32,122 nt of DNA from Sphaeroforma arctica JP610. Taxonomy: Eukaryota. Made by a program: the position numbers and the translations under genes. This document shows, piece by piece, positions 1 to 18,697 of this stretch. The DNA lies in the NCBI RefSeq assembly GCF_001186125.1, contig NW_014040444.1, forward strand, positions 42,180 to 74,301. Direction: 5' to 3'. The notes below the pieces were generated by a model. It worked only from the letters and a program-made list of their open reading frames with translations, was not told where the DNA came from and did not search any database. The stretch's first letter is position 1. The number at the start of each line of letters is the position of its first letter.

Positions 1-68
1 ACACACATATATATATATTATATATATATATAAATAAATCTATATCTATATATATATATATATATATA
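1..68. repeat. (TA)n microsatellite
   Basis: Visible dinucleotide run at the window start. Confidence 0.9.
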
Positions 69-1200
69 AGTCGAATTACATTCACAATGATTTGTACAAG
101 AACACACTCATATATTTGTAAATAAAATGTGTTTATATACAAAATTCGCCTGTCCGGCAGCAATGTGGTCGTTTCTAAATAGACCTACGCAGGGTAGCTT
201 GTGATGTGTTGGAGACTGCTGGCTATCCGCCTTTGCATACGTGCAGCCTCGGTTAGTGTATGAAAATACATCAAATCCACAACACACACGCATTTCACAG
301 GATGCATGTGTTAATATAGCCAGCATACCGCAGTATCATACCATCTTAGGCGTACGTTTGAATCAGGTGATATAAACTTGCACTTACATTACTGCACACT
401 ACGAGCGATAACAGTAGCTCTGTGCTACACAGTTCGACATGGAGTTGCACTAATCAGTAGTCTTACCAAAGACATAAAAGGTCTGTAATACAGGCCGATT
501 CAAGGGAACCACTTACCTGCACGCTGTTACGGGTTACCAAGCATTTGAACATATTCGCTGCGAAAATAGACGAGTCTGATACAAGATCCAGTAATGCTAG
601 TCGAGGGAGGCTCTCATATATGAAATATCATAATTATTTAGAAGTCCGACGTCCGTGATTTTGCCGAAAAGAACGATTTGATATTCCCCCCCCCCACACC
701 GTATTTACATACAACTCCTTTTTACTATTTTGGGTCTTTGGGTCACTCACTGCATAGCCCTCTAAATCATAAGCACTAGAAAGCTATGGTCACTATAGAG
801 TTGTGTTTCGGACCATAACTTCATATGAAATACAGTCAGATCATAGGTATCGCTGTAGTATATGAACCATGGTGATGGTCAAGTACATACAGGTCTATGA
901 CTGGGGAGTGGCAGCATCTCAACAATTAGACCTGTAGTATACAATTGAGGGTGGTATCGCTGGTACAGCGGTCGCACTTCCAACGAATCTGTGATCTCTG
1001 AACAAGAGATGGAGAACGAATTTTATAGTCATAACTGGTATTTTGGACTCGATTATGAAAGATAATCGCTCAGATCTTGCCGAAAACAATAGATGGCATG
1101 GCAGCTTTTAGTGACATTTGGCCTTGTTTCTGACTTGTATTGCTTTGTTTTGTGCCGTGTGAGTGCTGAACAACTTGAGGGAAGGCCAGCTAGGCCGGTA

Positions 1201-1570
1201 CCGATTCGCTCCGCAGCTTCAAGAATACAAGGAGATGATTTCTATTATAATACTTCACATTCCCACGGTGTGTATGGATCTTTCACTTAACATAGACAAA
1301 TGTGTACAATTCTCTCACTTACCAGCCGATTTGCTCCTCAGCTTCAAGAATACAAGGTGATTACTATAATAATACTTCGCATTCTCTCAGTGTGTATGGA
1401 TCTTTCACTTGACATAGACACATATGTACAAATCTCTCACTTACCAGCCGATTCGCTCCGCAGCTTCAAGAATACAAGGAGATGATTGTAATTATAATAC
1501 TTCGCATTCCCTCGGAGTGTATGGACCTTTCACTTAACATAGACATATGTACAAATCTCTCACTTACCAG
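1201..1570. repeat. Tandem repeat, 3 copies of ~122-125 bp
   Basis: Units start CCGATT(C/T)GCTCC at 1201, 1326 and 1448, and each ends TCTCTCACTTACCAG. Confidence 0.93.
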
Positions 1571-2509
1571 AGAAATATATGTGCTGTGTGCTTAATAGTT
1601 AGTGTCACGGCAGCACGAGGTGTCTTTTACTCCAACCAGTACAAAGGAGTATATATACCAAAAAGTACGGCAGTATGTTCGTTTATTCGCCGATATACAG
1701 TCAATCTACTACGTTCGCTACTTCCACCCCAAAAACAGAGAAACGCGCTTTCTCAACTTGGTTCACTACCATTCTATTCGCTTGATATGCGTTAAGAAGT
1801 CCTGTTTATAGGTTATAAATACAGATGTCATTCGGAATCACACACACAGCACACTACTCACTTCAGAAGAGAATGAGACCAATGTCAGTGATGTCACTAT
1901 ATTCTGTTGTTGCGCCTTCCTTCTCAACACTATCACAGGTGTGCACCAGTACTTCGATTCTAGTAGTCACCGACTAAGTCAACTAGTATGAAACTCGGCT
2001 GTTGAACCGGCTTGTTAGAAGTGAATAAATAATCATCTGTCGTCGGAACGAACAATCATGTTGCTATCTCTTTGGAATTCATAAAAGGAAGCTTCTCCAT
2101 TCTTTTGCAATCAGTATCTGCACAGAACGCAGAGTCAATTACAGTATCTGTTCTACAAGTCTCTATGAAACTGTTTATCAACATAATTTTGACACAAGAT
2201 GTTGATCATTTCGCAGATTCTACGCTATATCACACAGATTTCAATACCCCATATCTTTAATTGAATACATACATCACCGCACAACATCCATTGCAATGTC
2301 AGCGTGTCCGACTCACTCTATGCAGAACCAGCCCAGCCACTCTACCAGTGGGTGTGAATACCCTGGCCCTACTCGCTAGCTTGAATAGTTGTTTAAACAT
2401 TCTTCACCAATTATGCTGGCAAGCGTACTTCGTCCCTTTCATCCTGGAAGCCCAACGAAGCTAGGCACTAACAAAACAATATCAGAATTTTAGTGAGCCC
2501 CTCTAGAGT

Positions 2510-4998
<2,489 letters not shown>

Positions 4999-5148
4999 GA
5001 CTTAGGTAGGTGGTGTGTGTGGTTATGAGGTGTGTATGTCGAATACCTGTGCTCGATGTTCTGTTTAAATACACAATACACATATATAGAAAAGAGTCGT
5101 AAACAAAGCGAAAATTGGGAAAAGCCGCCATTTGTCAAATGTCACATT

Positions 5149-5198
5149 GTGGGGCGGGTGCCGCGGCGCCCGCGCCAAAGCGCATCTAGATATCTAGA
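5149..5198. promoter_or_regulatory. Candidate GCSH promoter: GC box, CCGCGGCGCC, an E2F-like TTTGGCGCG on the minus strand, and the palindrome TCTAGATATCTAGA
   Basis: GC island 150-200 bp upstream of the ATG in an AT-rich context. The function is inferred. Confidence 0.45.
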
Positions 5199-6649
5199 CA
5201 CTTAAAAAAGTGTCACAAAATAATCTGACATGTTGCAACTGTCTTCTACAGCAGCAAAGGTCACACAGGGTTGTGGTACATTTTGTATGTCTCATATCTA
5301 TTAAATTATATGTATTGTATATATCGCTTTTATACCTAATACAAATCTCTTCATAGCTCAGCATAGCTCAGTATTCTGACCTCCTATAACATCCTGACCT
5401 CATGGATGTTGTCGATCAGTGGGTATCTATCTGTAATTGGTACACAGAGAGAGGGTACATGACCAGTAGGAGTGTAATAGTCATAATCAAGGATATGAGT
5501 TCATTTCCCACCGAATATGTTCGTTATCACAGCGTCAATTTCATGGTTACATCGATGGAATAAACCGCCACACGTAAGTAGTGAACACTTAGAAATTTTT
5601 ATTCTTCCTAAGGTGCCAATATATTCATCCATGTACACATGCGTAAATTTATGTGACGGTCCATACTATTGGATATATTGCATTCAGGGCCTCACATCAA
5701 CAAAGGTTCAGTTTAGAAATGTCTTTCTTCACATGTTTCAATCAATCTGAACTTTTGTGTTATCGATCAAAACTGTTTACAAAGTATATTATTATTTATA
5801 GTAAGCTCATCGTGAGTCAGCAACTTCAACGAAATATGGTTAAATCCCTTCCAATGCATATGTGACACCTTCGGGTACTGGATCAGATTGCGTCGTCTGG
5901 TCGAGACTTTACCAACGAATCCCCTGATCTTGCGCATGTACAAGACATCGGAGATTAGTTTGTACCTATCGGCGTATGGAAGATTGCGATATCTTCACGA
6001 ATTTCTGAACAACTGTACAGAGTCTTGCACTTCCAAGACCAAGTCGAGCGTCTATTCAAACAATTTTTGTAGTATTTTAAAAGCATTTGACTGAGGTTGC
6101 GAGAAGTGCCGTCTCAAATTGTCAATATACAAAAAGGAATCAATTCACGCGCGTTAGCGAAATCGCTGCTAAAAAAGGGCTATCCAGCTTTATTGCACGA
6201 CTTCCGCTAAAACCTGCATCACTGTATTCGATCTCGTATCTCGACCGTCAACAGTTGCTGCCCTTTAGCTCTGGATCTCATACATAGGGAGATACCGAAG
6301 AATTCATGGTGGCAGTAAACCTGACTGCCTACACATGCAAAAGCTGGTAACATATCTAATATTTAATATTTGATTCTATCGTCATTTGAGTATCACTAGG
6401 CGTGCAGGGTAGAATAATTAAGTAAAGTCCCAAGCGTTTGACGATACAACATGGAGAATACATATCGAATGATTCCCCCTTCGACGCAAGGATCACTCTG
6501 CCAAAAGTGCAAGCTATATGCCTTCCAGCGCAGAAGGCGTATATAGTACTTTCGTAGTCTCATATATCCCACACGCCTCTATATACATAACGTATACGCC
6601 AAGCCTACTCCATGTCTCCCACCGCCCACTTTCATTGATGCCGACTCTC

Positions 6650-9097
6650 TTAGCTCTCCAGGGGTTTGGCGGGCAAGACTAAGCCGCTGGCCTCGCCAAA
6701 TCCGATACGGTATCCCTCACCCTGACAGTAACCTCGGACAGTCACTTCATCACCGTCGGCAATGAACTTCCTTGTCTCTCCGTTTCCGATGTCTACAGTC
6801 TTAGATCCCTTCCATGACTGTTCCAACATGGATCCGAAGGATTCGGGGTTGGGACCTGAGATGGTACCGGAACCTAGAAGATCTCCGGGCCTCATGTTAC
6901 ATCCACTGACGGAGTGGTGGGCTAATTGCTGCTTCATGGTCCAGTACATGTACTTGAAGTTGGACTCACAAACAGTCTGTGGTGGAATATCAAAAAGAAG
7001 GTCCAATGTGAGAATGCCTTCAAGATCAGCTGTGACAATACCCGATTAAACAGTTGATTGTACCAAAACCTATGAGGCGAGTGAATCCAAAGATCAATTA
7101 CAACCTTAAATTGACTGGTTGGGGTTTAGGGTTTATATCATTAAGCAACATTTTAAAAGAATTGATTGCGAACTCTTAAAAGCATTTAAATAGGCCAATG
7201 CACTTAGTGGGTACACGTGCGAAGAAAAGAATGCACTGATAAGGAGCATATTCGAACAAACAAATAACAAAGCATTCGAATTGGCCAATGTATCTAGTGG
7301 GTACACAGGCAAAGAAATGCTTGCACTGATAAGGAGCATAACAAAAACAAAACAAACAACGCATTTGTAACCTTTCTATTTTCAATTACACTAATAAGAA
7401 TGATTTTTTTTACGATAGCCGGAGGTAAACATACCTTCTCAGTCGTCTCAGACTTGATATCGACGAACAGCTTCATATCGAATGTGTAAGGGTCATCGTG
7501 CTGCAGGTATGGCAAAGGTTTAGGTTCGCTCTGATCCCAGTTGGCCAGCTTGAAGTCTTCAAGGGCATCCATAGTCACCACCCATGGTGAAATTGTACTG
7601 GCAAAGTTCTTTGCAAGGAATGGGCCGAGGGGAATGTACTCCCACTTCTGGATGTCTCGGGCACTCCAATCGTTCATCAAGACCATACCAAAGATGTGAT
7701 CCTGCGCCTCAGCAATAGGGATGGGTTCTCCAAGCTTGTTTCCAGGGCCTACGAAAAAGGCAGTCTCAAGCTCGAAATCCAACAAACGGCACGGACCGTA
7801 CACAGGGGGTTTAGTCTCATCTGCCTTGGTTTGTCCACAGGGTCTGCGTACAGGTGTACCAGACACGACTACGGAGGAAGCACGGCCGTGGTAGCCTACA
7901 GGTAGATGCAACCAGTTGGGCATGAGCGCGTTGTCTTTGCCACGGAACATGATACCCACGTTGGTGGCGTGATCTCGCGACGAGTAGAAGTCTGTGTAGT
8001 CACCGATTTGGGCGGGTAACACCATCTCAACGTCGGAAATTGCAACGAAAGCGCTCTCGCGTAGCGTCTTGTCGTCGCGAAGTACGGGCTCGTTAGCGGA
8101 GAGAATGCGCTGCAGAGTGGACCGAACTTCCTTCCAGGCTGGGCGACCTAGACCCATGAATTTGTTAAGACTCCCTTCGTCGAAAACCCGCTGGTTGGCG
8201 GCCATAGCGGGTCCGTCGAAGAAGTGCTTTACCTGTAATGTTTAAATATGTTGTTAGTAAGTTTACTAAATGTATATAAAATATAGCATACGTATATTGT
8301 ATGGTCGTGCATGTAAATTATAGCATACGTACATTGTGTGATCGTGGACTGACTCAAGGGGCATTGTTTCGCTGTACGGCAACGTATTTAATGCAGTTGA
8401 GCCAGCACTTAATACACATAGTGGCGTGGCGTACCACTAAATGCACTACCACGTGTGTAATGATATCAGCGAAGTCTCTGAACAGCGTAAGAATACAGAT
8501 CCATAGCATCAACTTCCATTCGTGTGATCATATTCTCGTTCGATTTGAAAACAACTTATATTGGCTGGAGGACGGGTTACATAGTCGTATAAAAATGTAA
8601 TACAACACAAGAATTTTCGATTAAGCCCGAGAATTGATAGGTAAATAAAATTTCAATCTATGTTTCAATTCCCTTTAGAGGGAGACAACGACCATACACT
8701 GATACAACTTTCCAAAAAATCGAGGAGATCGCGTGTCAACACTCGGTAGTCGATCACTTGAAAACCAAATACAAACAAAATCTATGTCAAGCTGAAAGAC
8801 TGACTATCATGCTGTACAGCAGAGGTTGTAAATGAAACAAACGTAAACAAATATAACATTCGAATTTCGACTGGGACAGCTATGCAACAAAGTATAACTT
8901 CAATATCTATGGACCAAATTTCAGCTCGGACACAGATGGTACATATGACTCACCTGAGACAGATCTAGGACTTGGTCTCCGATAGCAACACCGATACGGG
9001 TGCTACCATTGTGCTTGAACACACCATACGGCAAGTTCTGGATGGGGAACTGACAGTCCTCACTGTAGGTAATAAAGGATGTGCTGTTTTGTACCAT
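6650..9097 (-). CDS. FAH: Fumarylacetoacetase; 3 exons: 8954-9097, 7435-8232, 6650-6976 (422 aa)
   Basis: Motifs [72 protein letters not shown] and [11 protein letters not shown] are present. Both introns are phase 0 and GT-AG. The last-exon acceptor (ccacag|ACT at 6976) was chosen by frame and pyrimidine tract. Confidence 0.96.
7179..7366. repeat. Intronic tandem duplication, 2 x ~90 bp (FAH intron 2)
   Basis: AAAGCATT...GGCCAATG...TAGTGGGTACAC...TGCACTGATAAGGAGCATA occurs at 7179 and 7269. Confidence 0.88.
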
Positions 9098-9540
9098 CTT
9101 GCTTGAGTAGTGTACCTAGACTTGTCGATAACTGTGTATATATTTATGTATAAAAGTATGGTCTGATGTGATGTTACAGTCGCTTTAATTACTTTATATA
9201 CATAAATATATGTCTGCATTTACACTATTCGTAAATAAAATGTACGCGTAGAAAGCATTCAAGCGACTCGAACGCAACGTTTCGCCAACGTAATTGAGCA
9301 GCGCTTGCTTTCATAGAGGTTGCGAAAACAACGCTTCAGTAAATAACGTAAGCAACGCGATATGATTGGTCGGTCATAATCTCCGGCTTTTCCAATCTGA
9401 GAGACTTAACTCTGATGAGAGTGATGAAGAGACTCTGAGTCCCGAGAGACTGAGACTTTGAGAGAAATTCTCAATATTTATATTCTTCGAGTACAATAGT
9501 CATAGAGTCATAGTCTCATAGATGTATAAACATAAATAGA

Positions 9541-9600
9541 TTTTGGCGCGAAAGCATCAGCCCGCGGCGCCACGGCGCCCCACGCCCACGGGGCAAAGGG
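9541..9600. promoter_or_regulatory. Candidate FAH promoter: TTTTGGCGCGAAA (overlapping E2F-like sites) plus CCGCGGCGCC
   Basis: GC island ~450 bp upstream of the FAH ATG, with the same motifs as upstream of GCSH. Confidence 0.45.
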
Positions 9601-10055
9601 AGCTCGCTTCTCTCTATTTACTAGTGGTTGAGGGAAGTCGATTTTTTCCCCCTAAATTCACAATATTTATCCGGTTTTGGATATAATCATAGCCTTCTAG
9701 AATATTTACATGAATAAATAATTTTGCGAAGGGTCCATAGTTGATAGCTCTATTGGTCCATGTGTACAATTTAGGAGGCAATGGTTCATGCAGTTAAATA
9801 TGTATCGTATACATCGATTTATGAACAGGGTTGTGAACTTTTCGACCATGCCAACTCTTAGATTTTCAGGTCGCGTATTAACAGTTTGGACCTTCTAAGG
9901 GTTCGCATGCATTATTAGTTCAGAACTCACTATTGTGGTATTGAGGGCTTATTATACTGACTTAAAATAACCATTCGCGTGCATGCATGTCAATCAATGA
10001 CATCCATTTGGTGTGCGTATTCAATTATATGGCTTCGTTATGATTTCAGACCTTT

Positions 10056-10097
10056 GCATACATACATACATAGACACAGACACAGACACAGACACAG

Positions 10098-10128
<31 letters not shown>

Positions 10129-10165
10129 GACATACACGTACATATATACATAAGTATATATATAT

Positions 10166-10199
<34 letters not shown>

Positions 10200-10455
10200 G
10201 AATATCTATATATACACATGTATATATATATGCATACATATATATGAAAAGCATACATACATACATACACACACACACACCACACAGACAGACATGTTTA
10301 TATTTATATATATATATATATATATACATTTGCATATATACATATGTATATCTATATACATACATACGTATACACACACACGTGTACACACACAATGTGT
10401 ACACACACTACACACACATACACACACACACACATACAATGTTTACATACAATGT

Positions 10456-10493
<38 letters not shown>

Positions 10494-10516
10494 TATATAT
10501 ATATATATATATATAT
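10056..10516. repeat. Compound (CATA)n/(GACACA)n/(TA)n/(CA)n microsatellite in the divergent FAH-SDR intergenic region
   Basis: Directly visible. Confidence 0.95.
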
Positions 10517-12030
10517 CACCTAATGGAATTCTCTTAACGTCAACAAATTATCACGATTGTTGATTTTATGTCTTTATAATATTATGAGCTACAGTGCAAT
10601 ATTCAACTGAAAAATACTGCCTGTCGCGAAGAGGAAAGCAATACATGCTACATTTAAGCAGATACCAGCTACAATAATCTACTTTCCCTGTTAATAGCTA
10701 AGGGTGAAACGTGAGATGCTGATTCAGCCGTAGAGGAAAGAAGGAACACTTCACACGCACAAAGTCTGTCCGCTGTTGAATGGGTATGTACTTCCCCTAT
10801 CCGGTTATGATGGTGTTTTTTCAACCATTGATTCATCAACAACACTAGTTTTCATTATCGTTCAGCCACAGCCTTTAGGAAACATTTAATCTTCAGAAGC
10901 CTAGGGTTCAGCACCATGACAGAGATGAAGCAAAGTACGTTAATGAGGATCAATCCACCGACCGCCACCTCATGAAGGGCCCCTGCGCCCTGCGGGGATT
11001 TTTTCTTGCATATGTATCAAACACATAGTTTTTTCTTCTAAAACAAAGAGGGGTATTCAGAAACCGGTTTCTTCCATCATATTTATTAGCCAACTGAAGA
11101 ATCAAGAAACATTCAGCTATGGATTTTTGTTTTTGTTTTTCTATAATATATTATATATTATATATGAAAACCCAATTATTTCATATGTGTATTTTATTAA
11201 AAATACGTATTTACTTTATTATACTTTTATAATTGTCCTACGGACGTTAGTCCGTTCAACCATATTTTCTTTCTTCTCTAAAGAGAGGTCATGTATAATT
11301 ATATTATATTTACATATTTACGTTTAATTTGATTTGACTATATAATAATATGAATTTGTTTTTAATTCTAAAATGTTGTTTTTAGTAGACATAATAATAA
11401 TAATAAAAATAAAAGATATTTTGATCAATACCCCCTCGGAAATAATGTTTATCGGATTGGGCGGATGGCATTGAGTCCGGCAATGTTTATTTATATCAGC
11501 ACTCAGCAGTCAGCAATTCAGCACTCAGTGACTCAGGTCGTCCCTCAGAGGCTGGAGTCTCATCAGTCATCAGTAAATACACAGGGGGGTGTGGACTGTG
11601 GGTGCGTGGCGCGGCTGTCAATATTTTTAATTTTATATTTATATGTATCAGGCTCGACTGAAGAGGCTGATTTGCATAACCTTCTGAAAATTGAACAGGT
11701 TTTGGGGGAGCTATGGCGGTGTATGCATTAGAAACTACGATACATTATTACTATTATTTTTATTCAAACAACCCAAGACAGTGAAACCCTGCCGTGCCTT
11801 GCTCAGAGCTATCATGTGATACGGATGACGATAACCAAATAACCATTGCTGCTTCTTGTATTGTGAGACTGTGACAGTACATTCGATGTGCCATCCCCGT
11901 CCATGGACGATGGTTTAGCTAGTTGTACATATTTGCATATAAATATGTACTAGTTTATTGTTTGCTTGGGTTACTTTTTAATAGTTTAGCTTGAGAAGAG
12001 TACTAGAGAAGTTAACTAGATATTTGCATC

Positions 12031-15646
<3,616 letters not shown>

Positions 15647-16209
15647 ATACAGCCATGTATGTATATATATAGCAGCGCTCAAGTGCACAGCAACGCATTC
15701 TGCTTGTGTTTAGTCCATAATCTGAGCCTCTCCGAAGTTCGGAGCGGAAGCCGGATCGCTTATCTATCGTTTAAGGACTAACATAATTTAGGACAATAAA
15801 ATTACAAACGGGAGTATGGATAGCCAATCTGCTGTCTACAGCAAGTGGGGAAAGCAAACTTTGAGTTAGTAAAAGACTGTCACAAAAATACTATTTGGTA
15901 CTATTTTGATATTGAAATTGAGAGAAAATCTGTCCATACTGAACTCCACAAGTACACTAATTTAGAGGTTAGTGGTCAGGAATCAAAAGCTATGCACTCA
16001 AGTGCCACACGAAGAGTCACATCCTTATCGATTTTTAATTCTTAATGAGAAAGCAGGCAGTACTGACAGCCATATCGCACGATAAACAATTTCGGAACCT
16101 TATCTTCACATAGATCTGGAGAAGCAGAGAGCTGCGTATCACAGCAAGACCATAACTTTCGTCGAAATGAGGCACTTTCATGAACATTACTATTTTCTTG
16201 GGGGAGTTT

Positions 16210-17077
16210 GCGGGCGGGCGGATATACGAGGCCTCGTAATCAGTTGAAATATCATCTCGTCCGTTCTGCGGTCAATTGGAATGAACAGATGGACATATAT
16301 ACGACACTTTAATCAAGTATGACAGTATTATTCTTTGAACACGACAGCGGTTATTTAATCGATCAGATGAACACATATTGAGGCCTGATACGCAAGTGTG
16401 GGAGTGTTATCCCGTCCACGCAGCGTCTACTTCAAACGAGCTGTGAAAGTATGTGTGAGGTCTGCCTCGCTAGTATCAGAGTGGTATCATAACTGGGCAG
16501 CGACATACTTGAACGATACAGCGGCCGTGGTATGGAGTCTTTTTCACTCGCAATTTCGGGTCTGCTGTGCAGTCTATCGGCTCCGATTTAGAGCCCAATT
16601 TAGGGCATAGCCGCGAAACAGGCTCTCTGTAGTCGATTCTGACTCACAGTGCAGAGAAAGTCGCCAATGAACCCGAGTTGAGCGACAAGGCCACGCATCA
16701 AATCAATACTATTTCCTCCAGGGCGGAAAATATGAAAAATGCGTCACGGCTAAATGCGGGTCCACGTGTCAGGTAGTGAAACGCGTACGTTGTCACAGAC
16801 TCTGCTACTCACAGACAGAGTAGTCCTTCTGATGGAATGCTCCAGCGAAAGGCCCGAGCAAGTGCACACAAAGAGCAGACAATTTACAAGTGGATTAGGC
16901 GCCAAAATGAACTCGGATAGATTGTGCTGCCCAAGCAATATGGCAGTACTATTACTTAGCGATACATTTCTGACTTTTCTTTATCAGTGATGTTCAAAGA
17001 GGGTTCAGCTGTATTGCGAAGCCGCTAGCATGCTCAAACTACCAGTGCTTTCGTCGAGGAATACGCGGGTTGCTTTT
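16210..17077 (+). repeat. Long inverted repeat, arm A (~870 bp)
   Basis: Reverse complement of 27419-28309, beginning GCGGGCGGGCGGATATACGAGGCCT. The ORF track shows mirrored ORFs (16398-16610+ vs 27908-28120-; 16754-16990+ vs 27546-27764-; 16750-16938- vs 27559-27768+). Confidence 0.97.
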
Positions 17078-17726
17078 GTGGTGTTTGATTTAAGATGATG
17101 ATTCTCACGTCGAATGACACTGATCCACTAGCTGTCTACTTAATTGGAGAAGCTATAAGTATTCCAAAGTACAAATCATTTCCTGATTGGGTTGGGATCG
17201 AGTAAACAAGAAACTATGTTGTTTCTGGAAGATGTTGCAATTTACTTTCAATGGACTGGCTTGGAGTTGACAAAGATGTAACGAAAAGCATCACTTCCAC
17301 ATATTGAATGATATGATTGATGCGTGATTGTCCTGTATTGTGTACGGATCTGGTGGTTCAACTTTGCGTTTCGCTGCTCCAAATGCAAAAGAACTTTTCG
17401 ACAAACTTTATTACCGCTTGCGAAATAGACTTGCTTGGGCGGAGAAGATAAAGGAAGAATTTTTTGCACACTAATATATAGTACTCTGAAACTAAACCAT
17501 ATATAATGTATTCAGACACATACTATGTGAAAGGCAGCTTCAAATAATGAATTCTGAAATTAATATAAGTATATATAATACTATGGATGTATCTAAATAG
17601 ACACTACACACTTTAGGGAAGACACAATAAAACATTTATTAGGAAATCCTAACTAGATGGGACTGGTTCGGAATGGGGCTGAAACTCGGCATTGATTTGT
17701 ACAGATCAAGTTTGCGCGTTCGGCAT

Positions 17727-18633
17727 CTATGCGATCAATTTCATGATTTTTCCAATCGCAATCGTTTTTCCTGTTGAGCGAGGACAACAAAGATAATAAA
17801 TTGAGAGCTTGAGCCAACACGAGCGTTCAACTTGTGATTACCATCACACATACGGACTGTGTGTGACATTTGTGTGCAGCATCATAGCTAATTCTGAAAG
17901 AATCCGTTAGTTCTTAATGTGATTTAGTGTACGATTTTTAGTGTTAGAATTTAGGGGTTTAGGCGTTACTCGCTACAAAGCGATTTCACTCTACACAGGA
18001 GCTCAGAATGCTATCTCGAGACGTTTAAACAATCCACGACTACATGCATGTGCTACCCTGGTTCTCTCTATCTCCTGGGTTCCAAACAATAACCGAAATA
18101 AAAACAAAACTAAGTTAGCACAGCTATACCGAAGGTTAGGTGCACATCAATGTGACACAACATCCAAAGACACACCTTTATCACGTAGGGTGAAGCGACC
18201 CATCTGGGGAAGTGTCTTAAACAGCTCCATGCACAGCACACCGGTGGTGCACTCGAGACGTGCGACAATGATCTGGTCTTGCTTGGCGAACCGAGGCTTT
18301 TTCTGGTCGATCTTACCCGTCTTACGGTCGATGGTAGCGATGAGAGCCTGTATTTTTGATTTGAAAATTATGTGCGAGAAGTTAACAATCAATCGGGTAT
18401 GATTGTTGGAGGGATAAGTCCGTGAGAAATGAAGATCTCGGTGTCCCTACGACAAATTAGGTCCCTGGGATGTGCACCTCAAAAATGACAAATGGCTACC
18501 GCCTGTTTGTGCGTCAGAAGATAACTTTTTTGACAAGTGTGCATGTATGTATGCGTGTCAAGACTTCCATCGATGTATACGTACACTGATAACTGTAGAA
18601 AAATATACACATACATATACACACATATATGCG

Positions 18634-18697
<64 letters not shown>

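Noticed and set aside
10980..11006. GC hairpin followed by a T-run, resembling an intrinsic terminator or Helitron 3' end
   Set aside because: Eukaryotic context, a short imperfect stem and no CTRR terminus.
11048..11437. AT-rich segment bounded by GAGGGGTATT / AATACCCCCTC as a MITE
   Set aside because: Only ~10 bp of imperfect inverted match, no target-site duplication and no second copy in the window.
16398..16990. Short ORFs in the inverted repeat as real duplicated genes, or the arm as a known ncRNA (telomerase RNA, RNase P/MRP)
   Set aside because: The ORFs are short, one is frameshifted between the arms, and no family is recognisable. Only isolated motifs (TTAGGG, GAAAGTCGCC) are present, without the other conserved elements. 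An Rfam/Infernal search would settle it.
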